From Kiritimatiellia bacterium (GTDB lineage Bacteria; Verrucomicrobiota; Kiritimatiellia; RFP12; JAAYLN01), in contig JAGCUY010000217.1 of NCBI GenBank assembly GCA_017962605.1, forward strand, positions 7,412 through 71,411: 64,000 nt of DNA. The letters are read 5' to 3'. The notes beneath the pieces are model-generated. The model had not been told where the DNA came from, searched no databases, and was given only the letters and a program-made list of their open reading frames with translations. This document shows positions 9,431-19,475 of the stretch, piece after piece (position 1 is the first letter of the stretch; each line of letters begins with the position of its first letter). A program made the position numbers and the translations under genes.

Positions 9431-9727
9431 TCAAATGCGCACCAGCCGGAAGACAATCCAGAAAGCCGCAAGCCCCAGAAGCCACGCAACAACCACGCCC
9501 TTCCTGTCCGGAACGACCGCGCGCTCCTTCTCCTCCTCAACATCGGCCCGGATTACACCCATCCGCAAGAAGTGGTGAAGCTTCGCGTCATCCAAATCGG
9601 ATCTCAGTTTGTCCGGGCCGTGGTCGTCGCGCACGTCCAGGCGCCAGTCCATCTTGTGGCCGTCAAAGTGCCAGAGCCAATTCCCATGCCCCTTCGAGTG
9701 TTCGGGCCTGCTTTCAAACTCCGACAT
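9431..9727 (-). CDS. Small hypothetical protein with a C-terminal TM helix
   Basis: 98-aa ORF co-oriented with neighbours; hydrophobic tail VVVAWLLGLAAFWIVF. Confidence 0.6.
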   Translation of the reverse strand: MSEFESRPEHSKGHGNWLWHFDGHKMDWRLDVRDDHGPDKLRSDLDDAKLHHFLRMGVIRADVEEEKERAVVPDRKGVVVAWLLGLAAFWIVFRLVRI

Positions 9728-9763
9728 AACCTTAGACCTTGCGACCTGCGACTTTGGATTTAA

Positions 9764-10594
9764 TTAAGGAATGATGAGCACATCCCCAGGCTTTACCCTG
9801 TCGCCGTTCTTCACCTTGTCGGGGTTCGCATCGCGAATTCGCGGCCACTGTGTCCTGTCGCCATAGACATATTCGGCGATTACAGAAATGCTGTCGCCCT
9901 TGCGGACTTCGTATGTCTGCAGGACTTTCTCTTTCCCGTCCGTGTCCGTAATGGTAACCGAATCCAGCTTCCCGGCATTGACGCCATCCGTGGGCGAGGA
10001 CTGTATTCGCTTGATCCAAAGCAGCTGGTTGTCGATCTTGTTGTTCAAACGAACAATCTCCGCGCGCAATGTGGCATTGGACTCCGCAAGCGTCTCGTTC
10101 TGCGCTGACAGTTTCGCCACCTTGTTGTCGAGTTCCGCGTAGTTCTTCCTGATGCGGACGCCCTCGCTGTCCTCGCTGTCGGCAATCGCGCGGACATACT
10201 GCGCGGAGAGCAACTGCCCGACTTTCTCAATGCGGTTTGAGACTATCGTGAAGTCTCGCGTGGCCCCCTTCCCATTGGAATTCATCCCGGCTGTTTCAAT
10301 GTAGCGGCGATAGTGGTAGATGGCGGCGAGGTAGTCGCGCCTGTATTCATGCAGGAGCAGCGCCAACTGCAGATGCGCCAGCGGCGCCGACTTGTAGGCG
10401 TCGATCGTATCCTGGTAAAGCTTGATGGCGCGGTCGTATTCCCCCAGGCGCTCGGCGGCAATCGCCTCCTGCATCTCGCGGGACGACGCGGCATCCCCGT
10501 CTTTTGCGCGCCCATCCTGGCGCGCGCATCCCGCCGCCACCATCAATAGGCAAATGTTCGCTAAAACAATCTTCGTTGAAATCATCTTCATCAT
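9764..10594 (-). CDS. Lipoprotein with TPR, coiled coil and C-terminal LysM domain
   Basis: Lipobox VAAGC, TPR-like AIKLYQ..AHLQLALL, LysM YEVRKGDSISVIA..VYG..W..I..AN..PGDVLIIP. The track start lies inside the tRNA, so it was moved to 10594. Confidence 0.85.
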   Translation of the reverse strand: MMKMISTKIVLANICLLMVAAGCARQDGRAKDGDAASSREMQEAIAAERLGEYDRAIKLYQDTIDAYKSAPLAHLQLALLLHEYRRDYLAAIYHYRRYIETAGMNSNGKGATRDFTIVSNRIEKVGQLLSAQYVRAIADSEDSEGVRIRKNYAELDNKVAKLSAQNETLAESNATLRAEIVRLNNKIDNQLLWIKRIQSSPTDGVNAGKLDSVTITDTDGKEKVLQTYEVRKGDSISVIAEYVYGDRTQWPRIRDANPDKVKNGDRVKPGDVLIIP

Positions 10595-10619
10595 CTGACG
10601 GCGCAGTTGTCGGTCATCA

Positions 10620-10696
<77 letters not shown>

Positions 10697-10772
10697 AAAG
10701 AAAAGTGGAAAATATTATACCACTTTAGTAGAATGTTTGCGTATTCTCTTACAAACCAAACTCTTTTTCACC

Positions 10773-11687
10773 ATGAACAAACGCGCATCATTCGTTGCCT
10801 CCGCAACTTTCCTAGCCATCGTCGCACACCTCGCCGCAGCCCCGGCAATCCCGCCCACATCAACCATTGCGGCGAAGATCAACATGGCCAAGGCGCAGTC
10901 CCTGCCCGCCGCCTCGCAGGCCATTGACTGCCTCCTCGCCGAGGTGCCAGACATCCGCACCGCCGTGAAGATGATATCCCAGTCCTTCGGCGTCGATGTC
11001 CGCAAAGACGTCTCCACAGTCATCGCCTTCTCCGATGGCTTTTCATACAGCGACGGCCGCGTATCCCTCAAGGACGCCTCCTCCCTCGCAAGCGGCAAGT
11101 TCGACACTGCCCGCATGTCGGCCGCCGTGAAGAAGGCCCCTGGCTTCACGAGTGTAAACGCCAGTGGCCTGGAGGCAATGACGGCGGACTTCTCAAAAGG
11201 ACGCTGGGTAGCCTTCCCTTCCGGCAACACCGTCCTTGCCTCCTCCACGAAGTCCGCCATTACCAAGGCCGCCGCCGCACTGGCCGCTGTCTCTGACGCC
11301 TCCCAAGGCTTCCTTGCAAAGTCAATCGACGCAGACTGCGCGGCCGTGGTCGCCATTGACGGCTCCAAGGGGGCGCCAAACCTCACCACTCTCACCAGCG
11401 GACTCCTAAAAGCCGACGCCCGCAGCATCGTCGCCAAGATTACAGAACCCACCCCTGGCACCGCCCGCCTCGACGTTGACATGGTCTTCGACAACGAGAC
11501 TATTGCCGCCCAGACCTTCGCCACCATCAATGGAATTAAGATGCTTACGGCGCTGCGCCAGGCGCAGGATCCCTCCGCTCCATCATTGCTTCAGCGCCTG
11601 GTGGAAGCCGATGTTAACTGCTCCGGCTCAAAGGTCCATTTCGCGATGACCGCCAGCGCGAAAGACCTTTCCTCCCTCAAGTTGTAG
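10773..11687 (+). CDS. Secreted hypothetical protein
   Basis: Signal peptide MNKRASFVASATFLAIVAHLAA; long ORF with host-like codon use. Confidence 0.7.
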   Translation: MNKRASFVASATFLAIVAHLAAAPAIPPTSTIAAKINMAKAQSLPAASQAIDCLLAEVPDIRTAVKMISQSFGVDVRKDVSTVIAFSDGFSYSDGRVSLKDASSLASGKFDTARMSAAVKKAPGFTSVNASGLEAMTADFSKGRWVAFPSGNTVLASSTKSAITKAAAALAAVSDASQGFLAKSIDADCAAVVAIDGSKGAPNLTTLTSGLLKADARSIVAKITEPTPGTARLDVDMVFDNETIAAQTFATINGIKMLTALRQAQDPSAPSLLQRLVEADVNCSGSKVHFAMTASAKDLSSLKL

Positions 11688-11691
11688 GGCG

Positions 11692-12468
11692 CTAGGCCAG
11701 CAGTTCGACGCCGCCTATATTCCGCGCCCACTCAAAGGCCTTGCGCCAGTGGTTGCAGGTAAAGGCCTCCGCGCCTATGTCCCGCGCCACCGTCAGCGCC
11801 TCCGGCGTGTTCACGCCGTAAACGCGAAAAGACATCCCCGTCGCGCGCACGGCGTCGGCTTCGTCTGGCGTCAGCGGCCTGTCGTTGGCGCAAAGCCCGG
11901 GACAAAAGGCCCAGAAGCCCGCCTCCGCGCACTGGGCCGTTTTCGCCGCGACGTCAACGTCGCCATTCTTCGGCACACCCAGCAGAAACAGCGTCCGATA
12001 TTTCGGCAGCCTTTTGTGGAAATCGAGCAGCGCTTCAAACTTGAAGGACGACACGACGATGTTTTCCTCAGTCAGTCCGGCCGCGCGAACCGCCGCGTCA
12101 AAGAGCTCCGGATAGTCTGGCGCGTAGCCTTTGATCTCGGCCTGAAGGGTTCCGTGGCGCGGCACTGTCGCTAGCACTTCGTCAAGAAGCGGGATTCTCT
12201 CCCCTTCCCCGTTCGGAGGCGTAAGTCGCAGAGTCGCCACTTCCTCGGGCGTCAAGTCAACGATGGCCTTTTCGCAGCCGGTGTAGCGCCTCAGTTCGTT
12301 CTCGACATGGATGCAGACCATCTGCCCCGCCGCCGTGCGGTGGAAGTCGGTCTCCACCCATGTCGCCCCTGCCTCCCATGCGAGGCGGAATGCCTTGAGA
12401 GTGTTCTGCGGAACGCTGTCGTCCCAGATGCCCCGGTGGGCGATGTTGCGGATCTTCACATTTGCCAT
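11692..12468 (-). CDS. Glycerophosphodiester phosphodiesterase family protein
   Basis: IAHRG, PQNT..AF, WVETD, IPLLDEVL, EIK, VSSF. Start at MANVKIRNIAHRG. Confidence 0.88.
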   Translation of the reverse strand: MANVKIRNIAHRGIWDDSVPQNTLKAFRLAWEAGATWVETDFHRTAAGQMVCIHVENELRRYTGCEKAIVDLTPEEVATLRLTPPNGEGERIPLLDEVLATVPRHGTLQAEIKGYAPDYPELFDAAVRAAGLTEENIVVSSFKFEALLDFHKRLPKYRTLFLLGVPKNGDVDVAAKTAQCAEAGFWAFCPGLCANDRPLTPDEADAVRATGMSFRVYGVNTPEALTVARDIGAEAFTCNHWRKAFEWARNIGGVELLA

Positions 12469-12594
12469 TTTCGTTTTTCCCAAAGCAACCATTCTAGCAA
12501 TTCCGCCGTTCCCTTTCCACAACGACGGGCTCTCTATGCTATAATGGATGCAAAGGGCGATAGACGCCATTTGAGAAAGTGAAGGTTTGACATT

Positions 12595-13122
12595 GTGGAT
12601 GTAATCCATGCAAAGGCCATAACGGCCGCACTATTTGGAATCCCCGGCGCCTTTGCGCTGCTGGCGCCGGCGGCGGCGCGCCGCGTGGCAAAGGTCTTTC
12701 CCGACAACGCCGTCGCAGGCCGCATCCTCTCGGCCGCCGCGCTCCTTTGGGCTGCGGCGCTGATCTACTACACGCCACTCGACTTCCTGGCGAAGTTCCG
12801 CGTCGCGATAACGGTTTTCCTCATCGTCGCCGTTCCGCTCTCTTGGGCATGGACGCCGACGCTCCTCGCCGCACGTTCCCTTGGAGGGCTATGGTGTCTG
12901 ATTCCGGCGCCGGTGCTGGTGGCTGTTAGGTTCGCCCCCGGAAGCGGGCGGCTGGTGACGGTCTCATTAATGTATGTCATGGCAGTGGCCGGAATGTTCT
13001 CCACCTTCTCGCCTTACCTCCTCCGCGACGCACTCTTCAAATTTTCGGATTCAAGCAACACCATGGCAAGAGTCATCGGGCTGCTGTTGCTGGTAGCCGG
13101 GACTGCCGCAGCTGCCGCATGA
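12595..13122 (+). CDS. Hypothetical integral membrane protein
   Basis: About 5-6 hydrophobic segments; TGCTATAAT promoter at 12537-12545. Confidence 0.7.
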   Translation: MDVIHAKAITAALFGIPGAFALLAPAAARRVAKVFPDNAVAGRILSAAALLWAAALIYYTPLDFLAKFRVAITVFLIVAVPLSWAWTPTLLAARSLGGLWCLIPAPVLVAVRFAPGSGRLVTVSLMYVMAVAGMFSTFSPYLLRDALFKFSDSSNTMARVIGLLLLVAGTAAAAA

Positions 13123-13194
13123 GGCGTCGCGCCACATGGTCCACGCGGGTGTTGCCCTTAATGTCCCCTTTTGATATACTTTCAGACAGTTGAG

Positions 13195-13755
13195 ATGTTT
13201 TTTGCTCCCGCCAAGATGCTTCTAAACTCCCGCGCCAGATGCGCGGTGGTGGTGCTTTGCACCGCCGCCTGCATGGTTTCGTCGCACGCGCTTGCCGACG
13301 AGGAAGAGGTCCGGCGCATAGACGATGAACTTGTCTCGGCCTGGCGCCTTGGCGGAGGCTCAGCCGGCGCCGCCATGCCGATGGAGGACCTCTCATTCCC
13401 AATCGACCACTTCGAAGACGGATCCGTCCGCGCGCAGTTCAACGCAGACTGGGCCCTCGTGCCTGACGACGAAGACGACTTCGTCCGCGCCAAAGGCATA
13501 AGAATCGACCTCTACGACGAAGAGGGCAACGTCATTGGCTGCTACGTGGCGGAAAACTGCATCTTCGACCGGGCGACGCGCACCGGCTACTGCGAAGGGC
13601 CGGTGAGAATCGAATACAAGGCGCCTGGGCGCAACATCAAACTTGAAGGCATGGGCATGCAGTGGAACCTTGCCACGCGCAACGCGAAGATACTTTCGGA
13701 ACCAATACTCGAAATGTCCCAGATCATGGGCGAACTCGGAGGGGCTTTTAGATGA
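13195..13755 (+). CDS. lptC: LPS export periplasmic protein LptC-like
   Basis: Beta-jellyroll-like sequence (G.V.I...G.GM.WN) directly before lptA/lptB. TTGCCC-N17-TATACT upstream. Start uncertain. Confidence 0.65.
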   Translation: MFFAPAKMLLNSRARCAVVVLCTAACMVSSHALADEEEVRRIDDELVSAWRLGGGSAGAAMPMEDLSFPIDHFEDGSVRAQFNADWALVPDDEDDFVRAKGIRIDLYDEEGNVIGCYVAENCIFDRATRTGYCEGPVRIEYKAPGRNIKLEGMGMQWNLATRNAKILSEPILEMSQIMGELGGAFR

Positions 13756-14252
13756 ACCTAGGAATCAAGCGGATTTCCGCAATCATGGCGGCTTTTCTGG
13801 TGACCGGCGCGGCATGCGCGGCCGGCGCCGTCAAGGGCGACACCACCATCACTTCCAGCCGCATGGAATACGACTACTCGCGCTCGTCGATTATCTTCGA
13901 GGAGAACGTGAAGATCGCCAACCCCGAATACACCATGACATGCGAGCGCCTGGTGGTAATGCTCAACTCGACGAACGACGTCAAGTGGATCAAGGCCACG
14001 AAGAACGTGATCCTGGTGAATGGCGACCGCAGCGCCAAGTGCGACGAGGCCGTTTACACCAAGGCCGACGGTAAGGTTGTTATGACAGGGCGCGAGGTGA
14101 TCGTGCAACGTGCCAAGGACCAGATGACCGGCACGAAGATCACCATTTGGCTGAACGAGGAGCGCGTGGAGTGCGAACCGGCACGCATGGTGATTCAGGA
14201 GACAACGGTAAACTCCGGCAAGGGAGGCGCAGGCAACATCCTGCATAAGTAA
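13752..14252 (+). CDS. lptA: LptA/OstA family LPS transport protein
   Basis: Signal peptide, ITS..MEY, F.ENV.I, A.CD.AVY, MTG.KITIWL; adjacent to lptB. Confidence 0.85.
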   Translation: MNLGIKRISAIMAAFLVTGAACAAGAVKGDTTITSSRMEYDYSRSSIIFEENVKIANPEYTMTCERLVVMLNSTNDVKWIKATKNVILVNGDRSAKCDEAVYTKADGKVVMTGREVIVQRAKDQMTGTKITIWLNEERVECEPARMVIQETTVNSGKGGAGNILHK

Positions 14253-14255
14253 CAC

Positions 14256-15014
14256 ATGCAAGCGGGCGACAACCAGAACACGGCCATCAGGCCGCCGGAC
14301 ATAGAGGCAATCGGCCTTGTGAAGTCCTACCACGGACGCACCGTGGTGAAGGGCGTGTCGATTTCCGCCCGCTGCGGCGAGACCGTCGGCATCCTCGGCC
14401 CCAACGGCGCAGGCAAGACGACTTCCTTCTACATGATTGTCGGACTGGTAAAGCCGAACGCGGGGCGCGTCCTCTTCCAAGGCGAAGACGTCACGCGCAT
14501 GCCCGTTTACCTTCGAGCCCGAAAGGGGCTTGGCTATCTGGCGCAGGAGGCGTCGGTATTCCGCAAGCTTTCGGTTCAGGACAACATCATGGCGATTCTG
14601 GAATCGATGCCCATGACGCGCGCCGAGCGCCGCGACCGCCTGCAGGAACTCTTGTCGGACCTGCGGCTGGAGCATGTGGCGAAGCAGATGGCCTTCACAC
14701 TTTCCGGCGGCGAGCGCCGCAAGCTTGAAATCGCCAGGGCCCTGGTCAGGCGCCCGACGATACTGATGCTTGACGAGCCTTTCAGCGGCGTCGACCCGCT
14801 TGCGGTTCACGACATCCAGGAGATTGTCCGCGACCTCAAGCGGCGCGGGCTTGGCGTGATGATCACCGACCACAACGTCCGCGAGACGCTGTCCGTCGTG
14901 GACAGGGCATACCTCATCTACGACGGCGGAGTGCTCCGCGAAGGTTCAAGCGAATTTTTAATCAACGATCCCGAAGCGCGCAAGGTCTATCTTGGCGACG
15001 ACTTCAGGATGTAA
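14256..15014 (+). CDS. lptB: LPS export ABC transporter ATPase
   Basis: GPNGAGKTT, GYLAQEASVFRKL, LSGGERR, LDEPFSGVDP, ITDHNVRETL, VYLG. Confidence 0.97.
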   Translation: MQAGDNQNTAIRPPDIEAIGLVKSYHGRTVVKGVSISARCGETVGILGPNGAGKTTSFYMIVGLVKPNAGRVLFQGEDVTRMPVYLRARKGLGYLAQEASVFRKLSVQDNIMAILESMPMTRAERRDRLQELLSDLRLEHVAKQMAFTLSGGERRKLEIARALVRRPTILMLDEPFSGVDPLAVHDIQEIVRDLKRRGLGVMITDHNVRETLSVVDRAYLIYDGGVLREGSSEFLINDPEARKVYLGDDFRM

Positions 15015-15035
15015 CAAAACAAAAGGAGAACTAAA

Positions 15036-15335
15036 ATGGCAATAGAAGCAACGGCACGTGACAAGGAAATCCCGGCGGCGGCATTGGACTACGCGAAGGG
15101 CCGCGCGGCGGCAATCGAAAAGGATTTCGAGAAGGTCTCTCAAGTCCGCGTGGTGCTCGACACCGCGCGCCACCTCTACACGGCGCAGTTCACGGCCACC
15201 GTGGTCGGCGAAAACTTCGCCGCCGAGGCCGAGGACGACAGCAGCTTCACGAAGGCCGTCGATGCGGCCTACGAGAAGATTTTCTCGCAGATCCGCAAGC
15301 GCCGCGACATCGTTGGCGACAACAGAAAAGCCTGA
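15036..15335 (+). CDS. raiA: Ribosome hibernation factor (HPF/RaiA family)
   Basis: 99 aa; IEATAR..I..A..DYA and AVD.A.EKI..QIRK; SD AAAGGAG; position after lptB. Confidence 0.8.
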   Translation: MAIEATARDKEIPAAALDYAKGRAAAIEKDFEKVSQVRVVLDTARHLYTAQFTATVVGENFAAEAEDDSSFTKAVDAAYEKIFSQIRKRRDIVGDNRKA

Positions 15336-15348
15336 GGCGCGGTAGGCA

Positions 15349-16314
15349 GTGCCAGATGATGCAAAGACTGCGGCCGCCCCGACGACCGTAAAGAAGTTTC
15401 TTGAAGCTGGGAAGAAGCGGCTCTCGCTCTCGCTTGTAGCGGGCGAGAGCGGCCTCGACAGGCAAATCCGAGAGCCGGCCATCAACCGGCCAGGGCTTGC
15501 CTTGGCGGGCTTCTACAAGTTTTTTCCCGTGAAGCGCATCCAGGTGGTGGGGCATGCGGAGTTCTCCTACTACATGTCGCTCCCCGAAGACCTTCGGCGG
15601 GAGCGCATGGAGAGGCTCTTCGCCACTCGCGTCCCATGCATCGTCTATTCGCGGCGGCGCAAGCCCGACGACGCGGCCTGCGCCCTGGCTAACAAGTATT
15701 CGGTGCCACTGCTAAGGACGCAGATGATCACCGGCCCCTTCGCCAATGCGGCCACCATAATAATGGAGGAGCTGACCGCCCCAAGGGCGCGTATCCACGC
15801 CACGATGATGGAGGTCGCCGGTATGGGCATTCTCATCGAGGGGCCTCCCGGCATTGGCAAAAGCGAGACGGCGCTCGGCCTCATCAAGCACGGCTACGCG
15901 CTTGTCGCCGACGACTGCACCGAGGTCCGGCGCAACGGCGACGGCAGTCTCGTAGGGTCGGCAGTTCCGCTCACGCGCTTCTACATGGAAATGCGCGGGC
16001 TTGGCATCATTCACGTGCCTTCGATCTTCGGCGCGGCATCTGTCCGCGGCGAGAAGAAGGTCGATCTCGTGGTCACGCTCAAGCGCCAGTCAGAGTGCGG
16101 CGACGAAATCGACCGCACCGGAGAGAATGTCCTATACAGGACTTTCCTTGGCGTGGATGTGCCGCAGGTGGTGGTTCCCGTGGCGCCGGGCCGCGACCTG
16201 GTGAACTTTGTCGAAACTGTTGCCCAGGAATTCAGCCTTCGGCTCTCCGGCCAGATCGCCCACATCGACCTTGACGAAAGAATCAAACGCCGCAACGTCC
16301 AGCTCGCCCAGTAG
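15349..16314 (+). CDS. hprK: HPr kinase/phosphorylase
   Basis: NRPGLALAGF, RIQVVG..E, GIGKSETAL, LVADD, MEMRGLGII, PVAPGRD. Confidence 0.95.
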   Translation: MPDDAKTAAAPTTVKKFLEAGKKRLSLSLVAGESGLDRQIREPAINRPGLALAGFYKFFPVKRIQVVGHAEFSYYMSLPEDLRRERMERLFATRVPCIVYSRRRKPDDAACALANKYSVPLLRTQMITGPFANAATIIMEELTAPRARIHATMMEVAGMGILIEGPPGIGKSETALGLIKHGYALVADDCTEVRRNGDGSLVGSAVPLTRFYMEMRGLGIIHVPSIFGAASVRGEKKVDLVVTLKRQSECGDEIDRTGENVLYRTFLGVDVPQVVVPVAPGRDLVNFVETVAQEFSLRLSGQIAHIDLDERIKRRNVQLAQ

Positions 16315-16352
16315 GCATGGGCAAACGAACGAAAGAACGCAAAGGAAAAGCA

Positions 16353-16640
16353 ATGGCAGAAGAAATCCACGAACGCAAAATGACGCTCCTCAATAGATAC
16401 GGGATGCATGTGCGACCGGCGGGGCTTTTCGCCAAAATCGCCTCGCGGCACGATGCCGCGATCACCGTTGAGAAGGACGGCAATTCCGTGTCGGGCAAGA
16501 GCATCATGGCTCTCCTCACGCTGGAGGCGGTTTGCGGCTCCGTCATCACCGTCCGGGCCGAGGGCCCAGACGGCGAAGAGGCGCTGGATGACCTTGAGGC
16601 GCTTGTATCCCGCAAATTCGACCTGCCCGACGAACAGTAG
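16353..16640 (+). CDS. ptsH: Phosphocarrier protein HPr
   Basis: GMHVRPA (His15) and GKSIM (Ser46) motifs; start after AAAGGAAA. Confidence 0.95.
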   Translation: MAEEIHERKMTLLNRYGMHVRPAGLFAKIASRHDAAITVEKDGNSVSGKSIMALLTLEAVCGSVITVRAEGPDGEEALDDLEALVSRKFDLPDEQ

Positions 16641-16649
16641 TTTCACTCA

Positions 16650-18413
16650 ATGGAACGCGAACGCAAATATACTGGCATAGGAGTCTCGCCCGGAGTGGCG
16701 ATGGCCCACGCCTATGTCCACCGTCCGGCCGCCATTGACCCGCCACACCGAATCCTGCCCGATGGCGATGCCGCCCCAGAGTGGGAACGCCTCGTGGCCG
16801 CGAAGGGAGTTGCACGCCACCAGATCCAGCAGATGCTAGACGCCCTTGGCCTTGAAGCCTCTGGTGGCGAGGGCGGCATCCTCGAGGCACACCTGATGAC
16901 TCTAGACGACGAGATGCTCATCGGCGCGCTTCGCCGCGAGATTTTCGAGAAGCACCACAACGCCGAATGGGCTGTCAGCGATATCGCCAGCGATTTCGCA
17001 AACCGGCTGCGTTCCTCCAAGAACCCACTGTTGGCAGAACGCGCTGGAGACATAACCGACGTGGCCCGCCGTTTGCTCCGCGCCCTAATGGGAACGCAGG
17101 ACACAATCTCCTTCACCTTTGAAGACCGCCGCATCGTGGTGGCCGAGAACCTGACTCCTTCCGAAGCGCTGTCGCTGCCCCGCGACCGCGTTGCTGGCGT
17201 CGCCCTTGACCGTGGCGGCATCACATCCCACGCGGCCCTGCTTGTCCGCGCGCTTGGAATACCGGCGGTCTTCGGCCTAGGCGACTTCTCCTCGAATGTG
17301 GAGTCCGACGCCATCGTGGCAATCGATGGCAATGCGGGCGAGGCACTGATTTCTCCAGGTGAGAACGAAGAGGCCCATCTGAACCGACTTGCCGCCGAAC
17401 GGGAGGCTCTGATTCGCACCGTCCGCGAGCGCGCCTGCGAGAAGGTAGCCACTCCCGATGGCGTCGAGGTCCGCTGCATGGCGAATATCGAAGACGCCGA
17501 TGGAATAAATGAACTTCTAATGGAAGGCGCCGATGGGGTCGGCCTGTTCCGAACGGAGTACCTGTGGCTCTCGGAAGGTCGCCCCGTCGAAGAAGACCGC
17601 CAGGTTGAAACCTACGCCACCGCCGCAAAAGCGCTTGTGGACAGGCGTCTCGCCATTCGGGCATTCGATTTGGGGGGCGACAAGTTCCGCGGCGGCGCTG
17701 GCATGGGGAAGTCTGAAGACAACCCCTTCCTAGGCACGCGATCCATCCGCTTCCTTCTCGCAAACAAGACATTCTTCAAAATCCAAATCCGCGCCATCCT
17801 CCGCGCCTCCGCAGTTGCCGGACGCGCCATTGACTTCACCATCCCCATGGTGAGCGACATAGGCGAACTCGTCCAGACACGCCACCTTATCGAGGATTGC
17901 GCCGACGAGCTTGCGAAGCGTGGAACCCCCTATGTCCTCCCGCGCGTTGGCATCATGGTCGAAGTGCCTTCGACCGCCCTCTGCGCCCGCGCCTTCGCCA
18001 GCCACTGCGACTACTTCTCTCTCGGCACCAACGACCTCACACAATACACGCTTGCCGTTGACCGCTGCAATGCGTCGGCAGCCCACCTCTACCAGCCACT
18101 CCACCCATCTGTCCTCTCACTCGTGCGGATGACGGTCGATGCGGCCGGCAAGGCGTCGATTGGAGTCTCGGCTTGCGGCGAGATGGCAGGAGATCCGCTT
18201 AGCGCCCTCGTGCTCCTTGGCCTAGGTGTTCGTGAGTTCAGCATGGCGCCATCCGCAATTCCACTTGTCAAGGAGACTTTCAGGAGAGTTCCGGCGGCTA
18301 AGGCCGCTAAGGTCGCCACGCTCCTCGGCAGCGCCTCCACGGCGAAGCAAATCCGCCACTGTGCGCGCAACATCCTTGCGCATTTCGCGCCGGAGATTTT
18401 AAGGCAATGCTAG
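16650..18413 (+). CDS. ptsP: PEP-protein phosphotransferase (enzyme I)
   Basis: GGITSHAA (phospho-His), GVGLFRTEY, DLGGDK, NPFLG.R, GTNDLTQY, CGEMAGD. Confidence 0.96.
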   Translation: MERERKYTGIGVSPGVAMAHAYVHRPAAIDPPHRILPDGDAAPEWERLVAAKGVARHQIQQMLDALGLEASGGEGGILEAHLMTLDDEMLIGALRREIFEKHHNAEWAVSDIASDFANRLRSSKNPLLAERAGDITDVARRLLRALMGTQDTISFTFEDRRIVVAENLTPSEALSLPRDRVAGVALDRGGITSHAALLVRALGIPAVFGLGDFSSNVESDAIVAIDGNAGEALISPGENEEAHLNRLAAEREALIRTVRERACEKVATPDGVEVRCMANIEDADGINELLMEGADGVGLFRTEYLWLSEGRPVEEDRQVETYATAAKALVDRRLAIRAFDLGGDKFRGGAGMGKSEDNPFLGTRSIRFLLANKTFFKIQIRAILRASAVAGRAIDFTIPMVSDIGELVQTRHLIEDCADELAKRGTPYVLPRVGIMVEVPSTALCARAFASHCDYFSLGTNDLTQYTLAVDRCNASAAHLYQPLHPSVLSLVRMTVDAAGKASIGVSACGEMAGDPLSALVLLGLGVREFSMAPSAIPLVKETFRRVPAAKAAKVATLLGSASTAKQIRHCARNILAHFAPEILRQC

Positions 18414-19264
18414 CCAAAGGCGCAAAACTGACTGTCCTCGCGGTGAAGGTCTCTATTCTGGCCATCGCCGTAGCGTTCCTCTACGGGCTTACAACCTTCT
18501 ACCTCTTCGGCGGACGCTTCCTCGGCCTTGAGGAGAAAGGCGTGCAGATTACAGATGTTGAAATCAACACTGGTGAAACCGTGACGCCCGACATACTCAT
18601 GGGCTGGCTGGGAGTGGAACGCGACGCACCGCTCTTCGCCTCGCGCAGATTTGGAGCCAACGACCTACGCGCCGCCATGGTCCGCGCCATGGCCAACCCA
18701 ACCCTTGCATCGCTATATGTCTCGCGCGAGTTCACTGGCAAGGTAACCATCCATGCCACGGAGCGCAAGCCTCTCGCCCGAATCGCTGGACGCGGCCTCG
18801 CCATCGACCGTGATGGCTATGTATTCGCCTTCCGCAAGACGGGAAAGGACAGCCTCGTCGATATTGAAGGTTCAGTTCCCGCAGGACTTCAGGCAGGGAA
18901 CAGAATCGTTCCTTCGTCGCTAGACGCCTCTATCGCCATGGCGCAGGGCCGCTCAGTTCCATCCGCCATGGGTGTCGCCGCGCTCCGACTCATAGACTAT
19001 CTGGCCGAGGGCTCATCCCCTCTTCCGCTCTCCGCGATTGGCTCCGTCAACACCGATAATCAGGACTATCTGAAAATAATCTTCAAAGATGGCCGCACTG
19101 CACGGTTAGCGTGGGACTGCATGAAGTCCTCGCAGGCAGCCGACGGACTCGACTACCTCGCCGCGCAAATTGCAGGCCTCGCCAAGGCCATGACCTCTCG
19201 GGAAGGCCGCGCCCACCGCCACTTTGACTTTACCATCAAGGGGCGTGGATACGGACTTCGGTAG
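18407..19264 (+). CDS. FtsQ-type POTRA domain membrane protein
   Basis: N-terminal TM, then POTRA-like NP.LAS..VSREF.G.V.I...ER.PLARI and IDRDG.VF. Overlaps the ptsP stop. Confidence 0.65.
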   Translation: MLAKGAKLTVLAVKVSILAIAVAFLYGLTTFYLFGGRFLGLEEKGVQITDVEINTGETVTPDILMGWLGVERDAPLFASRRFGANDLRAAMVRAMANPTLASLYVSREFTGKVTIHATERKPLARIAGRGLAIDRDGYVFAFRKTGKDSLVDIEGSVPAGLQAGNRIVPSSLDASIAMAQGRSVPSAMGVAALRLIDYLAEGSSPLPLSAIGSVNTDNQDYLKIIFKDGRTARLAWDCMKSSQAADGLDYLAAQIAGLAKAMTSREGRAHRHFDFTIKGRGYGLR

Positions 19265-19307
19265 CCACCCCTGATTCGCCCGTCATCAAGCGCCCTCCCT
19301 CGCCACC

Positions 19308-19475
19308 GTTCTCCCTCTTCCCCTCTGTTCTGTGCCACGCATGTCGCGGCTTCCCTCCTGGTGCGCAGGCTCAGTCCTGCGCTGCCGTTCCCCTTCTTCC
19401 ACCCTCTGTCCTGTGCCATGCCATGCATTGCGCTTTTTTTTGTCCTGACGCGCAGGCTCAGTCCGGCGCTGCCGT
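19308..19475. repeat. Imperfect ~85-bp tandem duplication, each unit ending in a REP-like hairpin
   Basis: cgcaggctcagtcctgcgctgccgt (19364-19388) vs cgcaggctcagtccggcgctgccgt (19451-19475). Each is preceded by ccctctgt.ctgtgcca. Stem gcgcagg/cctgcgc. Confidence 0.8.

Noticed and set aside
19308-19475. Possible CRISPR mini-array
   Set aside because: Only two units, the inter-repeat sequences resemble each other (a tandem duplication), and no cas genes are present.
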